Positions 1-11,179 of a stretch of 64,000 nt of DNA are shown here, piece after piece. Source of the stretch: Geosiphon pyriformis uo1 (Eukaryota > Fungi > Glomeromycota); the NCBI GenBank assembly GCA_016748015.1, contig JAAOMT010000294.1, forward strand, positions 40,541 to 104,540, written 5' to 3'. The position numbers and the translations under genes were made by a program. Numbering within the stretch: the first letter of the stretch is position 1; every line of letters begins with the position of its first letter. The notes below the pieces were generated by a model. That model was not told the origin of the DNA, made no database searches, and saw only the letters and a program-made list of their open reading frames with translations.

Positions 1-874
1 GGAAAATCACTTCGATAACATAAGTTATTTGCCCCCGCTGCTTTTAAATAGAGTTCAAATGCTTTTTGGAGGTTTTTTGTGGTTCCCCATCCATTTTGAT
101 AACACCATCCAAGGTTGTATTGTGCCTTTTGATTTCCGGCCTCTGCTGTTTTTAAATAGAATTGAAATGTTTCTTCTAGATTATTCACTATTTTCCATCC
201 ATTTCGATAACACGTTCCAATACTGGTTTGTGGACTCGGATTTTCCACTTTTTCCAGATCTTCCATTGTTTCCAATCGATTTCGATGATGTGCTCTAAGA
301 GCGATTTGTCCAAGTAAATGTCCCACCTCTGCAGCTTTTGAAAAGAGTTCAAATGCTTTTTCTAAATTTTTTGTCGTTCCTTCTCCTTCATCATAACAAA
401 CTGCAAGATTGTATTGTGCATCTAAATGTCCCGCCTCCGCTGCTTTTGAATAAAGTTCAAATGCTTTTTCTAAATTTTTCGTAGTTCCCTTCTCCATTAG
501 CATAACAAAGTGCAAGATTGTATTGTGCATCTAAATGTCCCGCCTCTGCTGCTTTTGAATAAAGTTCAAATGCTTTTTCTAAATTTTTTGTCGTTCCTTC
601 TCCTTCATCATAACAAACTGCAAGATTGAATTGAGCATCTAAATGTCCCACCTCTGCTGCTTTTGAATAAAGTTCAAATGCTTTTTCTAAATTTTTCGTA
701 GTTCCCTTTCCATTTAAATAACAACTTGCAAGAATATATTGTGCATCTAAATGTCCCGCCTCTGCTGCTTTTGAATAAAGTTCAAATGCTTTTTCTAAAT
801 TTTTTGTCGTTCCCTTTCCATTTAAATAACAACATCCANNNNNNNNNNNNNNNNNNNNATGAGGTTGAAGACAT
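1..874 (-). CDS. Sel1-like repeat protein, 5' part (continues off the left edge; interrupted by an N gap and an apparent 1-bp frameshift near 487)
   Basis: Manual minus-strand translation from 838 gives tandem 36-aa units ([38 protein letters not shown]). Right of the gap, ATG at 874 begins MSSTS (atgtcttcaacctcat), matching the start of the paralog at 11180. Repeat spacing of 217 instead of 216 bp marks the frameshift. Confidence 0.85.
839..858. other. Assembly gap (20 N, placeholder size)
   Basis: Run of N. About 70 codons of N-terminal sequence seen in the paralog cannot fit in 20 nt. Confidence 0.95.
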
Positions 875-2461
875 AATTTTCAAGCAACACAAATAGATTG
901 TTAACCCTTGAATACTTTGAATGGGTAAAGAAAGATTTTTAAAGAGTTCGTCTTGCTAATAAATAAAGATTTCAACCTCTAATCACATTCCTGAAAAGGC
1001 TAGGCCTTGAAGAAATCGGAAGTGTTAGAAAGTTCTGAAAACACACAATCCCTCATCTAGATTTCTTAAACGGGTAGAGATCGTTTGGTCTTTGTCTTAT
1101 TGCTACTTTAGTTTAAATGAGCTTTTTCGCGTAACAATCTAAATGCATAACCCTAGCCGGTTCCAAAAATATTTTTTAATATCAAGAAAAGGTATATCAC
1201 TTTTCTTTATCAGTAATAGGCTTTAATAACAAGTTTAAAGTAATTTCCTTGGCACTCGCTCTTATAAAGTTTTTCTCGGATTTTAGTGAGTCGATAGCAC
1301 TAATTTAATTAAATATTGTTTAGAAACTGTTTTATGAATTTTATCAATAAATTAACATGAAAAAACCTCCATTATTATAATAAAAGCAATTTCAATGAGA
1401 GTGCATAAAATAAAAATTTTTAAATAATAATATTTCTAAAGATCAAAACAATGAAATGATGTAATTTTTGTTCAAATACTGCTGTTAAATATTTAAAAAA
1501 CATTTTGTGATGTTAATATTTTCTAATAATTAAATTTATTTTATTTGTTAACAATTATCATTGTATTATTAGCAATCATAATTAATCTTTTATTTTAAGA
1601 ATATTTGGTTATAACTTATATTTTTCTTAAAGATTTTTAAATTGTTTAAAATACTCGAATTATAATAATAAAACTTTTTAAAAAATTTTATTAATTAAAT
1701 TGTTCTTGGAATTGATTGATTTTAATCTAATTTTAATAATTTTATATTTGTTTTTTAAAAGTAATAAGTAAATTTTATGCAAATAATTATTATTAGGTAA
1801 ATTAATTCTGAACTTGAAAATTTAAAAACAAAAAAAATTGCTAATAAAAATAATGGTTTTATATATAATTTTTATTATTTTACAGTTTTTAATAATAAAA
1901 ATTTTATTCTTTTTATTTAGACTAACATTGAAAGTTTTTCCTATTTATTGATTGGTTATCAGAAATTTTAATCATATTTTTTTATTTGCCCAATAACTTT
2001 TTTCAAACTTGAACCTTTTTTTTTTTTCCTATTAAAAATCAACAAAACATTTTAGCTTGTTATCCAAAAGGATAACTATTTGAGTGAGTGTTATTTTGCT
2101 AATAATATGATTTTCAATTTTTTGATTATAAAAGAATCCAAATAAAAACTTATTTAAAATTGAATCAAAAAAAAGTTTTTTAAATATTTCTCATTAATAC
2201 TTGTTCATGCAAAAAATTATTTTAAAAAATATATATATAGAGGTTTCCAAAGCAGAAATTGCACGTGAATCAGTTTTTAAAATACAAAAAATTTTGTTTG
2301 ATCATTAAAACGTGATCAAGAAATTTTATTAGATCAAGGTTTTTTTTTTCTTTTTAAGCTCTTTTGCTTTTATTTAAAAAAACAATCTTGTAGGATATTT
2401 TACATTCATTCACCCCTAGATAAGCAGCTATTAATAGTTGACCGCTTGATTTATAAACCTG

Positions 2462-2495
<34 letters not shown>

Positions 2496-2541
2496 ATTTA
2501 TTTTTCACATGTAATTGTTTCCTAGCGACAAAACGAAATAG

Positions 2542-2580
<39 letters not shown>
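2462..2580. repeat. Facing (AAT)n and (ATT)n microsatellites about 50 bp apart
   Basis: Directly visible; the two tracts are mutually complementary. Confidence 0.9.
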
Positions 2581-2847
2581 TTCTGCAATCAATTTTTCTC
2601 GTCTACATGAAGTTTATCTCCTTTATTTTTTTAAAAAAAAAAAAAATAAATTCTAATCACACTTATTTTCCTTAAAATAATTTCGAATAACAATAAGACA
2701 ATCATGAGATGATTATTGTATTTTTAATTTATACTTAATAATTCATATCCTTGCTTTATTTCGACTATTAGGAAAGATTCTTGGCCTTTTGTAAAGGATC
2801 ATGACGTTATTTTGATTCTTTGTTCTTTTATTTAAAATATTTTTTTA

Positions 2848-3029
2848 TAAATTCGGAATTCTAGAGACATTCAAATACTATCAATTCGGAATTCTAGAGA
2901 CATTTAAATACTATCAAATTTGGAATTATAGAGACATTTAAATACTATCAAATTTGGAATTATAGAGACATTTTAATACTATCAAATTCGGAATTATAGA
3001 GACATTTAAATACTATCAAATTCGAATTC
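2848..3029 (+). repeat. 33-34 bp minisatellite, about 5.3 copies, just upstream of the GPI-protein ATG
   Basis: Unit (a)aatt(c/t)ggaatt(c/a)tagagacattt(a)aatactatc repeated in tandem with no spacers. Confidence 0.92.
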
Positions 3030-3050
3030 TCAACCAAAAATTATTAGAAA

Positions 3051-3857
3051 ATGAGGCATTTACTCTTTTACCTCACAATATTTTGCCTAATTCTTACTAT
3101 TGTAATTGGAAAAGATGTTCAAGAATCTCAAAATAATCCCACACCAAAATCAAGTTCAGGTAAAAAAAAAAGAAATTAAAAATTTTCGATTATTTCATAA
3201 TTCTTTTATGGTTTTTTTTATGGTCTTTTTTATTAGAATCTTTGGAGTTACCTTCCAAATCACCAAACGCGATTCAAGCTTGTATAGATGAGAAAAAATG
3301 TTTGTATACCGATTTGGATTGTCGTGCTAAATGTGCTGGTGTTCCTAATCCCACGAAAACACATATTGATATTACAAATGATTGTATCAAACAGTGCTTA
3401 CCAAGTAATTATAATTTTGATCTTTTCATCTTTTCAGTTTTTCATTTTTTTTTCCCAAAAAAAAAAAATTCCCCCCTCTCCAGTTGTTAATGCAAAAAAT
3501 GGAATGTTTAAATTTTTTGTTTACTCAATACATAAATCCATAATAGAAAACGCTACATCAAATTCAGTAACGAATCAAGAATATGAAGATTGTAGTAGAA
3601 AATGTATCAAAGAAAATTTTATTATAAATACGCAAACAACTAGTACTCCTCCAATCACTAAAACTTCATCTAATACGTCCATAAAAAGTACGATTGTCAT
3701 GACTCCAATTCCAACTGGAACTTTTATTGAAAAAGATAAAAAAGGTACTGGGATGCCAAACTCTAATGATCATGTTGGAGCTGCAGAAGAAATTGTAGTA
3801 TCATTTTTACTTTTATATATTGGTATTTTAACCGCGTTATTGGCTTTGGGTTGGTAA
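3051..3857 (+). CDS. Secreted Cys-rich, Ser/Thr-rich, probably GPI-anchored cell-surface protein (exons about 3051-3159, 3237-3404, 3547-3857)
   Basis: Signal peptide MRHLLFYLTIFCLILTIVIG. GT-AG introns keep frame. Cys motif CIDEKKC..DLDCRAKCAGVPNP..CIKQC..CSRKC, a T/S-rich stalk and a hydrophobic C-terminus FLLLYIGILTALLALGW. Confidence 0.8.
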
Positions 3858-4015
3858 TAAGAATATAAATATAGTTTTTTCATTGTTAAAAAGAATAATA
3901 TTTAGATTCATAGATAATTTTTATGCTAATACACTTGAAGGAAAATTTTTTTGATTTTTTAACTGTATTTCAATCAGGCCAACGATCGATAAAACGATTC
4001 AAGAAATTAATAAAG

Positions 4016-4053
<38 letters not shown>

Positions 4054-4494
4054 TATCAATTGTGGTATAAACCAAGATTTTAATTCCTCTCATAAAATTT
4101 TAAAGAGAGTAAAACTTTCAAATTTCCTTTCATTTTACATTGTACTTACTTTTGATATTGTTTAAATAAACAGAATAACAGAATAATGAAAAAATACAAA
4201 GATTATAAGAAATTTTTTTCCTAATTAAAAAATTGTATTATCAATATCTGGCCAGAGGTTCTACATGTCAAAATTTTCTAAAATTATCCTATCGTTGATA
4301 AACCTTTTTTTTTTGATTTGTAAAAAAAAAAAAAAAAGAATTAAATGTACATGTATTTGGTAATCGAGATCAACCAATTAAAGCTTTGGCTGATGATGAT
4401 GATGATAAAACGATACAATTTTTTAAAATTTACAAACTCTAACACGTAATAAATCAATCAATCAATCAATCAATCTTTTATTAAACATTCCCAA

Positions 4495-5589
4495 CTAATC
4501 AGCCAGCTCGATAAACGGATAACAAGTATCCTCATCATAAGAATTCCTGGAATTCTTCCATTGCAAGGGTTCATACCTTCCAAACATCATTACAACTTTT
4601 TCTCTGATGAACGGACGCAACCTTCTCAACTCTTCCCTACACTCGAAATGCCTCGAACAATCAACCTGATTCAATTTTCGCCATGAATCTGAAGGACTAG
4701 GTAATGGAAAGGCACAGATATCTTTTACACATTCCTCGAATTTTGTTCTTAAATGTTCATTTAATAAAGATGGACCAGGAAATTGTCGATCTACCGTTAC
4801 ACAATAGATCTTGTTTAAACCTTCCACATATTCTTGCCTGGAACATTTAAGTTTTGTCACGGTCTCTTTGGATAACCCGTTTAACATCCTTGGATCATAG
4901 AAGATATGATCGAAACTGTCTAAAACAAGTTTACTAGATTCCTTGTATAATGGTGCCAAACCATAGGTTTCAGCCAATTTCAAAGCATTCATCGGTTGTT
5001 CGTGAAAACTTCGTTTCAGAAATGAAACACATGCTGAAGTGAGAGTATCAATCATATACTTGTCTGCCAAATATAATAAACTAGCCACCTGTTCCCAATC
5101 GATTTCAAAAAATGTATTTGGGTAGAGAAAGGAAAGAAGCATTTCGATATTTATCATTGATTCATCGGTTAAAGGAATTTTAGGAATTGATCGACCTGTT
5201 TGGAAATCATAAGTTAAGTCGTCCGAGGTTGGTCGTGCAGATTGAAAAAGATCCTTGAATACGATCGATGAGAGGGAGATAATGTTTTTATGTATGCGAA
5301 AGACAGTCGTTTCAGCGATCAATTCACAATCTCCATCTTCATAAAAATGAACGGAACTTCTTTTTAAAGGTGATGGTTGTGTTGATGACATTTTTCTGAC
5401 AGGATTTATGGATTTTATTTGTTGTTTGGTGTTGGTCGGTGGCGGTGGCGGCGGCGGCGGCAGTAGTATTTTATTAAGAGAGTGTTCTTTATTTTTCTGA
5501 AGATAATAATTATTACAATTGTCCAAAATGATTTGTTTCTTTGGTAACGGAAGTGTACTTTTTCTACGTCGTTTTACGTCAGGTGTCAT
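4495..5589 (-). CDS. BTB/POZ domain protein (putative Cul3 adaptor), single exon
   Basis: 364-aa ORF with DGDCELIAETTVFRIHKNIISLSSIVFKDLF, LLSFLYP and LLYLADKYMID BTB motifs, after a Pro-rich basic N-terminus. Confidence 0.88.
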   Translation of the reverse strand: MTPDVKRRRKSTLPLPKKQIILDNCNNYYLQKNKEHSLNKILLPPPPPPPPTNTKQQIKSINPVRKMSSTQPSPLKRSSVHFYEDGDCELIAETTVFRIHKNIISLSSIVFKDLFQSARPTSDDLTYDFQTGRSIPKIPLTDESMINIEMLLSFLYPNTFFEIDWEQVASLLYLADKYMIDTLTSACVSFLKRSFHEQPMNALKLAETYGLAPLYKESSKLVLDSFDHIFYDPRMLNGLSKETVTKLKCSRQEYVEGLNKIYCVTVDRQFPGPSLLNEHLRTKFEECVKDICAFPLPSPSDSWRKLNQVDCSRHFECREELRRLRPFIREKVVMMFGRYEPLQWKNSRNSYDEDTCYPFIELAD

Positions 5590-6323
5590 GATATTGGGAG
5601 GGGGGTTAGAAAAAAGATATTTGATTAAAAATTTTAATTCGATGATGAAAAAATTAATTGACAGTGAAAAAATTAAAGCCAGTCTTTTGGATATAGTACT
5701 TATATATTTTCAGCAGTAGAAGAAGCAACAGCAGGATATATTTTTATTAAATAAATAAACAAGAATAAGAGAAAAAAGACTCACCTTAATCAATCAATAT
5801 TTTCTGCACCAAAATCAACATAGAAAACTCTTTGAATGAAATTAATACATCTTAAGGAATAAAGTTGTTGTTGTTGTTGTGGTTGTTGTTGTTGTTCGTC
5901 AACAAGCAGTGTCTTTTGAAAAACCGGAAATCTATAAAACGTAGACAATGCTGTACAGTGTAACTCCTGCTGTCAATATCATTCTGGGGATCTTTTGGAA
6001 TTTCACACGATGTGGTTCGGCGATATGCTGTTTTGCTTTAATGCATAACAGAAAACAACAAATAAAAACAACAGATCATGAAAGACAATGGAGGGAAGGG
6101 TATTTTATAATGAATTATTTTTGGGAACCGGCTTCGGAAGAAAACAAACACACACGTACATTCTCTATGAAATAAAAAATTGATCCTTGTCACGATGAGG
6201 TGATGGTGATGGTGATGTCAATGCTAAATTTACCCTTTGGGGAATTTTAAATCGTAGTTTGAAGAAGTTTTGCCTAAGGAACCTTTAGTAAAAATATAGT
6301 TTCTTTAGAAACATGTTTAGGTC

Positions 6324-6365
6324 AGGTATAGGTAAAAACTTAAAAAAAAGTTTTTACCTATACCT
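6324..6365. repeat. Perfect 18-bp inverted repeat with 6-A loop
   Basis: aggtataggtaaaaactt-aaaaaa-aagtttttacctatacct. Confidence 0.9.
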
Positions 6366-7155
6366 TTTGTACAATGTATAATTGTACCGTTGCATCTTTA
6401 TTTGAATAAAAAATTTGAGGTGGCACATTATTGCCTAGGATTTTTTTTAGGGTATAATCCAATAATAAAAATAATAATAATAATAATAATAATAGTACCA
6501 ACTTTTTTTGGTTAAGAAGGAAATAATATGATTATTCTACATTTTTTTACTTGATTTTATTGTAATTTTTTTTTTTTTTTTTTCGCTCAATGATGAAAGT
6601 TTTTTCCTCTTTGGGAATTACGTATATTACAGAGTATATCAGACTCGGTACGTTACGATTGTGAACATTTTAAAAAAACAAAAGTAGGTGATAATCAAAT
6701 TGTGAGGCCGTAAAAATTTTATAATTGTTCTAAAACACACACACACACACACACACACATTTTTCCCCATTCATGGAAGCCACGTATCTACCATGGAATT
6801 CTATTATTTACCTGATAAGCAGCAGATATACATATTTGGATATGTGGCTAAACAAAAAAAATCGATAAATTGTGTTGTTAACAATATGAAAAATTTCTCT
6901 CATTTTTTAAATTTTTTTTTTTTACCATTTATTACGATTTCCTATAATGACCAGTAATCTCTGTTAAATGTACATTATAAATTTGTTTTCAACATTTTTG
7001 GCTAGCCTAAATAATGTCTCAATTATTTCCTCGAATAAAGGAGAACACCCTTTTTTGGTGTAATTATACAAACATGAATTCGATTGGTTACAAGGGAAAT
7101 TTTTCATTTTAAAAGGAATTTCTACTTTTTTTTTTATTGATATACGATATATATC

Positions 7156-7206
<51 letters not shown>

Positions 7207-8275
7207 GAAATAAAAAAACTCTTTAAGAAAAGTACTTTTGCTCGTTATGATTTTCTCTTTGAAGTTAAAATATTGTCATTGCATTACAGCCAGAATATAA
7301 ATGTATTTTAAAATTTTATTTATTTATTTATTTATTTATTCATCATAAATATTGGTAATAAAATAACAGATCTAAGTTGGGCTAAAAAAAATAATGTTTG
7401 AAATTAAAGACTGAATTTAAAAAAACTTTTTAAAAGAAATAACGTATTAATTAAATTGTTATAAAGATTAAAAAATTATCATTATATTGTTTTATCGCCC
7501 ATATCATAAAATGTTTTATTTGGAAAAGACAAGTATCTTGCCATGATTTTCTAAAAATTTAATCTTTCAATAAGTCTATACAACAATTTAGAAATTTCAT
7601 GTATATTAGATTTTAAATCATAGACAAACTAGATTTTGTTTTAATTTTTATTATGAAGTTAATATCTCTTGATTATTAGTAATTTTTAGTTGTGAGCTGT
7701 TTTGAATAATATTTGAAAATAATTTTAAAATATATTCCTACAAATATAATTTATATATATTTTTTAATAAATAAATTTAAAGATTTAGAATGGAAGAATC
7801 GAAATAAAGAAATTAATAGTGATTATTGATAAAATTTGAAAAAAGTGAATTTCTTGAATTACATGCATCTTTTGTTTTTGTTTTTTTTTTAATTATAACT
7901 AATTAGTTAATTTTTTGTTTGACTTTTAAAAATTATCACTGGTTATTAGTTGAATAGCTCTAATTCTCTAGAAATATATTTTAGGTTTAGTTTGGGAAAA
8001 TAATAAATATTCAAATCATATTATTTTAATTAAAAAAAAGAAACAAAGAAAGAAACAAAGAAAAACATATAAAGTTATATTATTAAAATTAAAATAACTG
8101 TGACAAGTAATTTTGTTGATAAGATGAACGGTAAGAAACATCTTAAAAAAATTATCTTAACAATGAGTGACAATAATAATAAAGTTAAATTTTGTAAGCA
8201 TTTTTTGTTTATATTTTCATGCATGTTAAACTCAAAAGTTTTATGTAATTTAGATTATGCATTCTTAATAGTAAC

Positions 8276-8313
<38 letters not shown>

Positions 8314-10334
8314 AAAATTGCTTCCCAATCTTTTTTTCTTGCAGAAAAATTATGAATCAAAATTTTTCCTTTTGGTATGTGTGGGAAAATTCACATTAAA
8401 AAAAGGGTAAGAAATTGATTTGCAAAAAATACTCTTTTTGAGAATTTTTATTTTCGATAGAAAAAACACTCTGTCAGTTGTTGTTGTTGTTGTTGTTGTT
8501 ACCAATCACAATATTAATATGCAGGAATATAAAATCAAAATAAATAATATTTTTAATTACGATAATCGGTATTTTCATTCAATATTTCATTCAATTTCTT
8601 TCTAACCTTTTATAAATAAAACAACAAATCTATAGAAAATTGTTAAAAAAATTTTAATTTAATCAACTTTTTTGAAATATTTTAATTGCATTTCGATTAT
8701 GAATTCAATAGATACAGCAGTACGATAGGTCATCCTTTTTTTTAGCTTTAATGTGATCATGTTAGTCAAATTTGCTTCAAATAATTTACTTTAAATTATT
8801 GTTTTATTTGTAATAAAAATAAAAAATAAAATAAAAAAAAGGTTAATAGCTAAACATTCTTAATTCCTACTTACGGTTTTTTCATCGCAATAAGGTAACA
8901 ATTAAAAGCTTTATTGATTATAAAAAACTTTTAAAGAAAAATTTGTTTATAAAAGTTTTTTCGATATTCTTTTAAGCGTTAATTTAAACATTAACAATGA
9001 TGATAATATTTTTGATTTCCCGCGCAATTTAAAAAAATTTTCCGTATCTCATAAAATTTTTTTATCATCATGTGATAGAAATTTCCTAATCTAATTTAAA
9101 CCAGATTTTTGGATGAAAGGTGAAATACACACTTAACTTCTCTAAAGCTTATTAAACTTTGAATATTTTTAAACCTGGTATTTTTAGAAACTTTTTGCTT
9201 TCTATAGTACATTTAATATTATATACTGTAAATATTAAATAACCTCCAAAGCTTAAAATATACTACTAATGAAAAAGCTACCTACTCTTTGTCGATCGGA
9301 AGAAAAAATGAGCGATATAAGACGACAGTTAGATTCAAGACAGGCCAAAGGCAAGAAGGAGCGCTGCAACTGCTTTGGTTTTTAAAAAATTAGTAGCGTG
9401 GCAGGAATCTCTAAGATTCCTTGTCATACAATTCTCTAAGATGAGCCACGAAGCTAGTGGTAGGGCGCTAGGAATTTCCCAAGATCCCCTGACATTCAAG
9501 ACTCTAAGTTGACCTAGTGGGATGGGACAGAGGGTTTTTAACAAATGTGTAATTTTTGGCAACTTGAATGCATATATTTAATTAATATTTGAATCCAAAT
9601 TTCTTTATATTACACAGGTTATCAAATGTTTTTTCATTTAATGTAAAACATAAAAATTTTTAAATGTAAATTCTAAAAATGATTCTAATAATAATCTTTT
9701 ATTATTAGAGGTCTGTTAAATTCTACACTTTGTAATAAGTAATTAATACTTGCCTGAATGACTTTTGCTAAGCATAATAATAAAGAACTTTTGTGCTGCG
9801 CCATGCAAATTTCTCAGTCAAAATGAGTACAGGATATGCTGGTATGGTACATCAAAAAACATTTTAGTCTATTTTTTTCTGTTAAAGCTTTCTTATACAT
9901 CAGCACCAGTTTTGTGTTTTCATCAGCTGCTTAAGCTGATCACGTTCTCAAGAAGACACACTAATCCAAAATGCATCTGACCATTTTTTTTGATGGTACT
10001 GTATGAATTTTTACATTGGTGACAATAAAAAAGTGCTACACCATTTTGTTTCACAGTGAGTACCTTTCAAATTTCCTTTGTTAGAAATGTGAAATACCCG
10101 GTGATTTATTTGGTCATTTGTGTGTGTGTAAATTATCTTTATCTATACAATTACACACACATACACAATGAAAATTGCCACTTAAAAAAACCTCCGATAA
10201 TAGATGAAGTTTTTTTTATCCATAAATAATATATATATTAAAAATAAATTCAAAAATATGGGTTTTTGATGCTTATTTCCGAAATAATATATTCAAAAAA
10301 TTTTATTCTTTTATTTTTTGATATACAATTTGAT

Positions 10335-10336
<2 letters not shown>

Positions 10337-10383
<47 letters not shown>
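10337..10383 (+). repeat. Poly(A) tract, about 47 nt
   Basis: Directly visible. Confidence 0.9.
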
Positions 10384-10385
<2 letters not shown>

Positions 10386-11179
10386 GGATAATTATATTCT
10401 TTAATAGGAAATAAAAATAAACTTAAATAAATATATTTTTTTTATACTTTTATCTTAAAGATCTAAAAAGAAATTAATTATAAAAAAAAAATTTCCAAGT
10501 CATTTTATTATTAAGAAAAAAAACTAAAACCTTATATATTCTGTTTTTAAATATTTAATAAAAAATAAAAATGAATAAAACTAATATATATTTCAAAATT
10601 AATTTATTATTTCAAACCAATTTCTTCAAATTATAATATTTTTAGATAAATAAAAAATATTAATAATAATATATAAAGTGTAAATAACAGATTTTCTTAT
10701 TAAAATTACTTATATTAATGTTGGATTTTAGGTAATATAAGTTTTTAACTGATTTTTGTCAAAAATATGTTAAAAAAACTAAAATCATAAAAAAAAATTC
10801 GTCATCAAATTTTAAAAAAAAAACTTTATCTAAAAAAAGAATAACTTTTAAATATATATATGCAAGTAAATGTACAAAAAGTTTTAGGTTTTCAAGAAAT
10901 AAATGGTGGAAATAAACCTAAAGTTTTTAATTTTCAATTTTTAGAATCCTATTATTACACGAAAAATTTAAAAATAAGAGTTTTATTTAAAAATTTTTGA
11001 AGATTAAACTCTAAAGTTATTTGTATTATCAAAAGTAAATCGTCTCCTGAAATCTCACAAAAAGAATTCTATATCAAGTTTCACAAATAGGCGTTTTGAT
11101 AATATAGCTTGGCTCGCAATAGTTCTTCCTTCCCTAAATTATTATTTCTTTTTTATTATTGTTTTAAAAAAAAAAAAAC

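Noticed and set aside
2848-3029. CRISPR array (33-34 bp repeats)
   Set aside because: The units are contiguous with no unique spacers, and the context is eukaryotic.
9270-10110. GC-richer patches as a gene or MITE
   Set aside because: No recognisable motifs and only weak imperfect repeats.
10337-10383. Poly(A) as a retrocopy tail
   Set aside because: It shares only ATGC with the LINE 3' end, and no element body or TSD was found.
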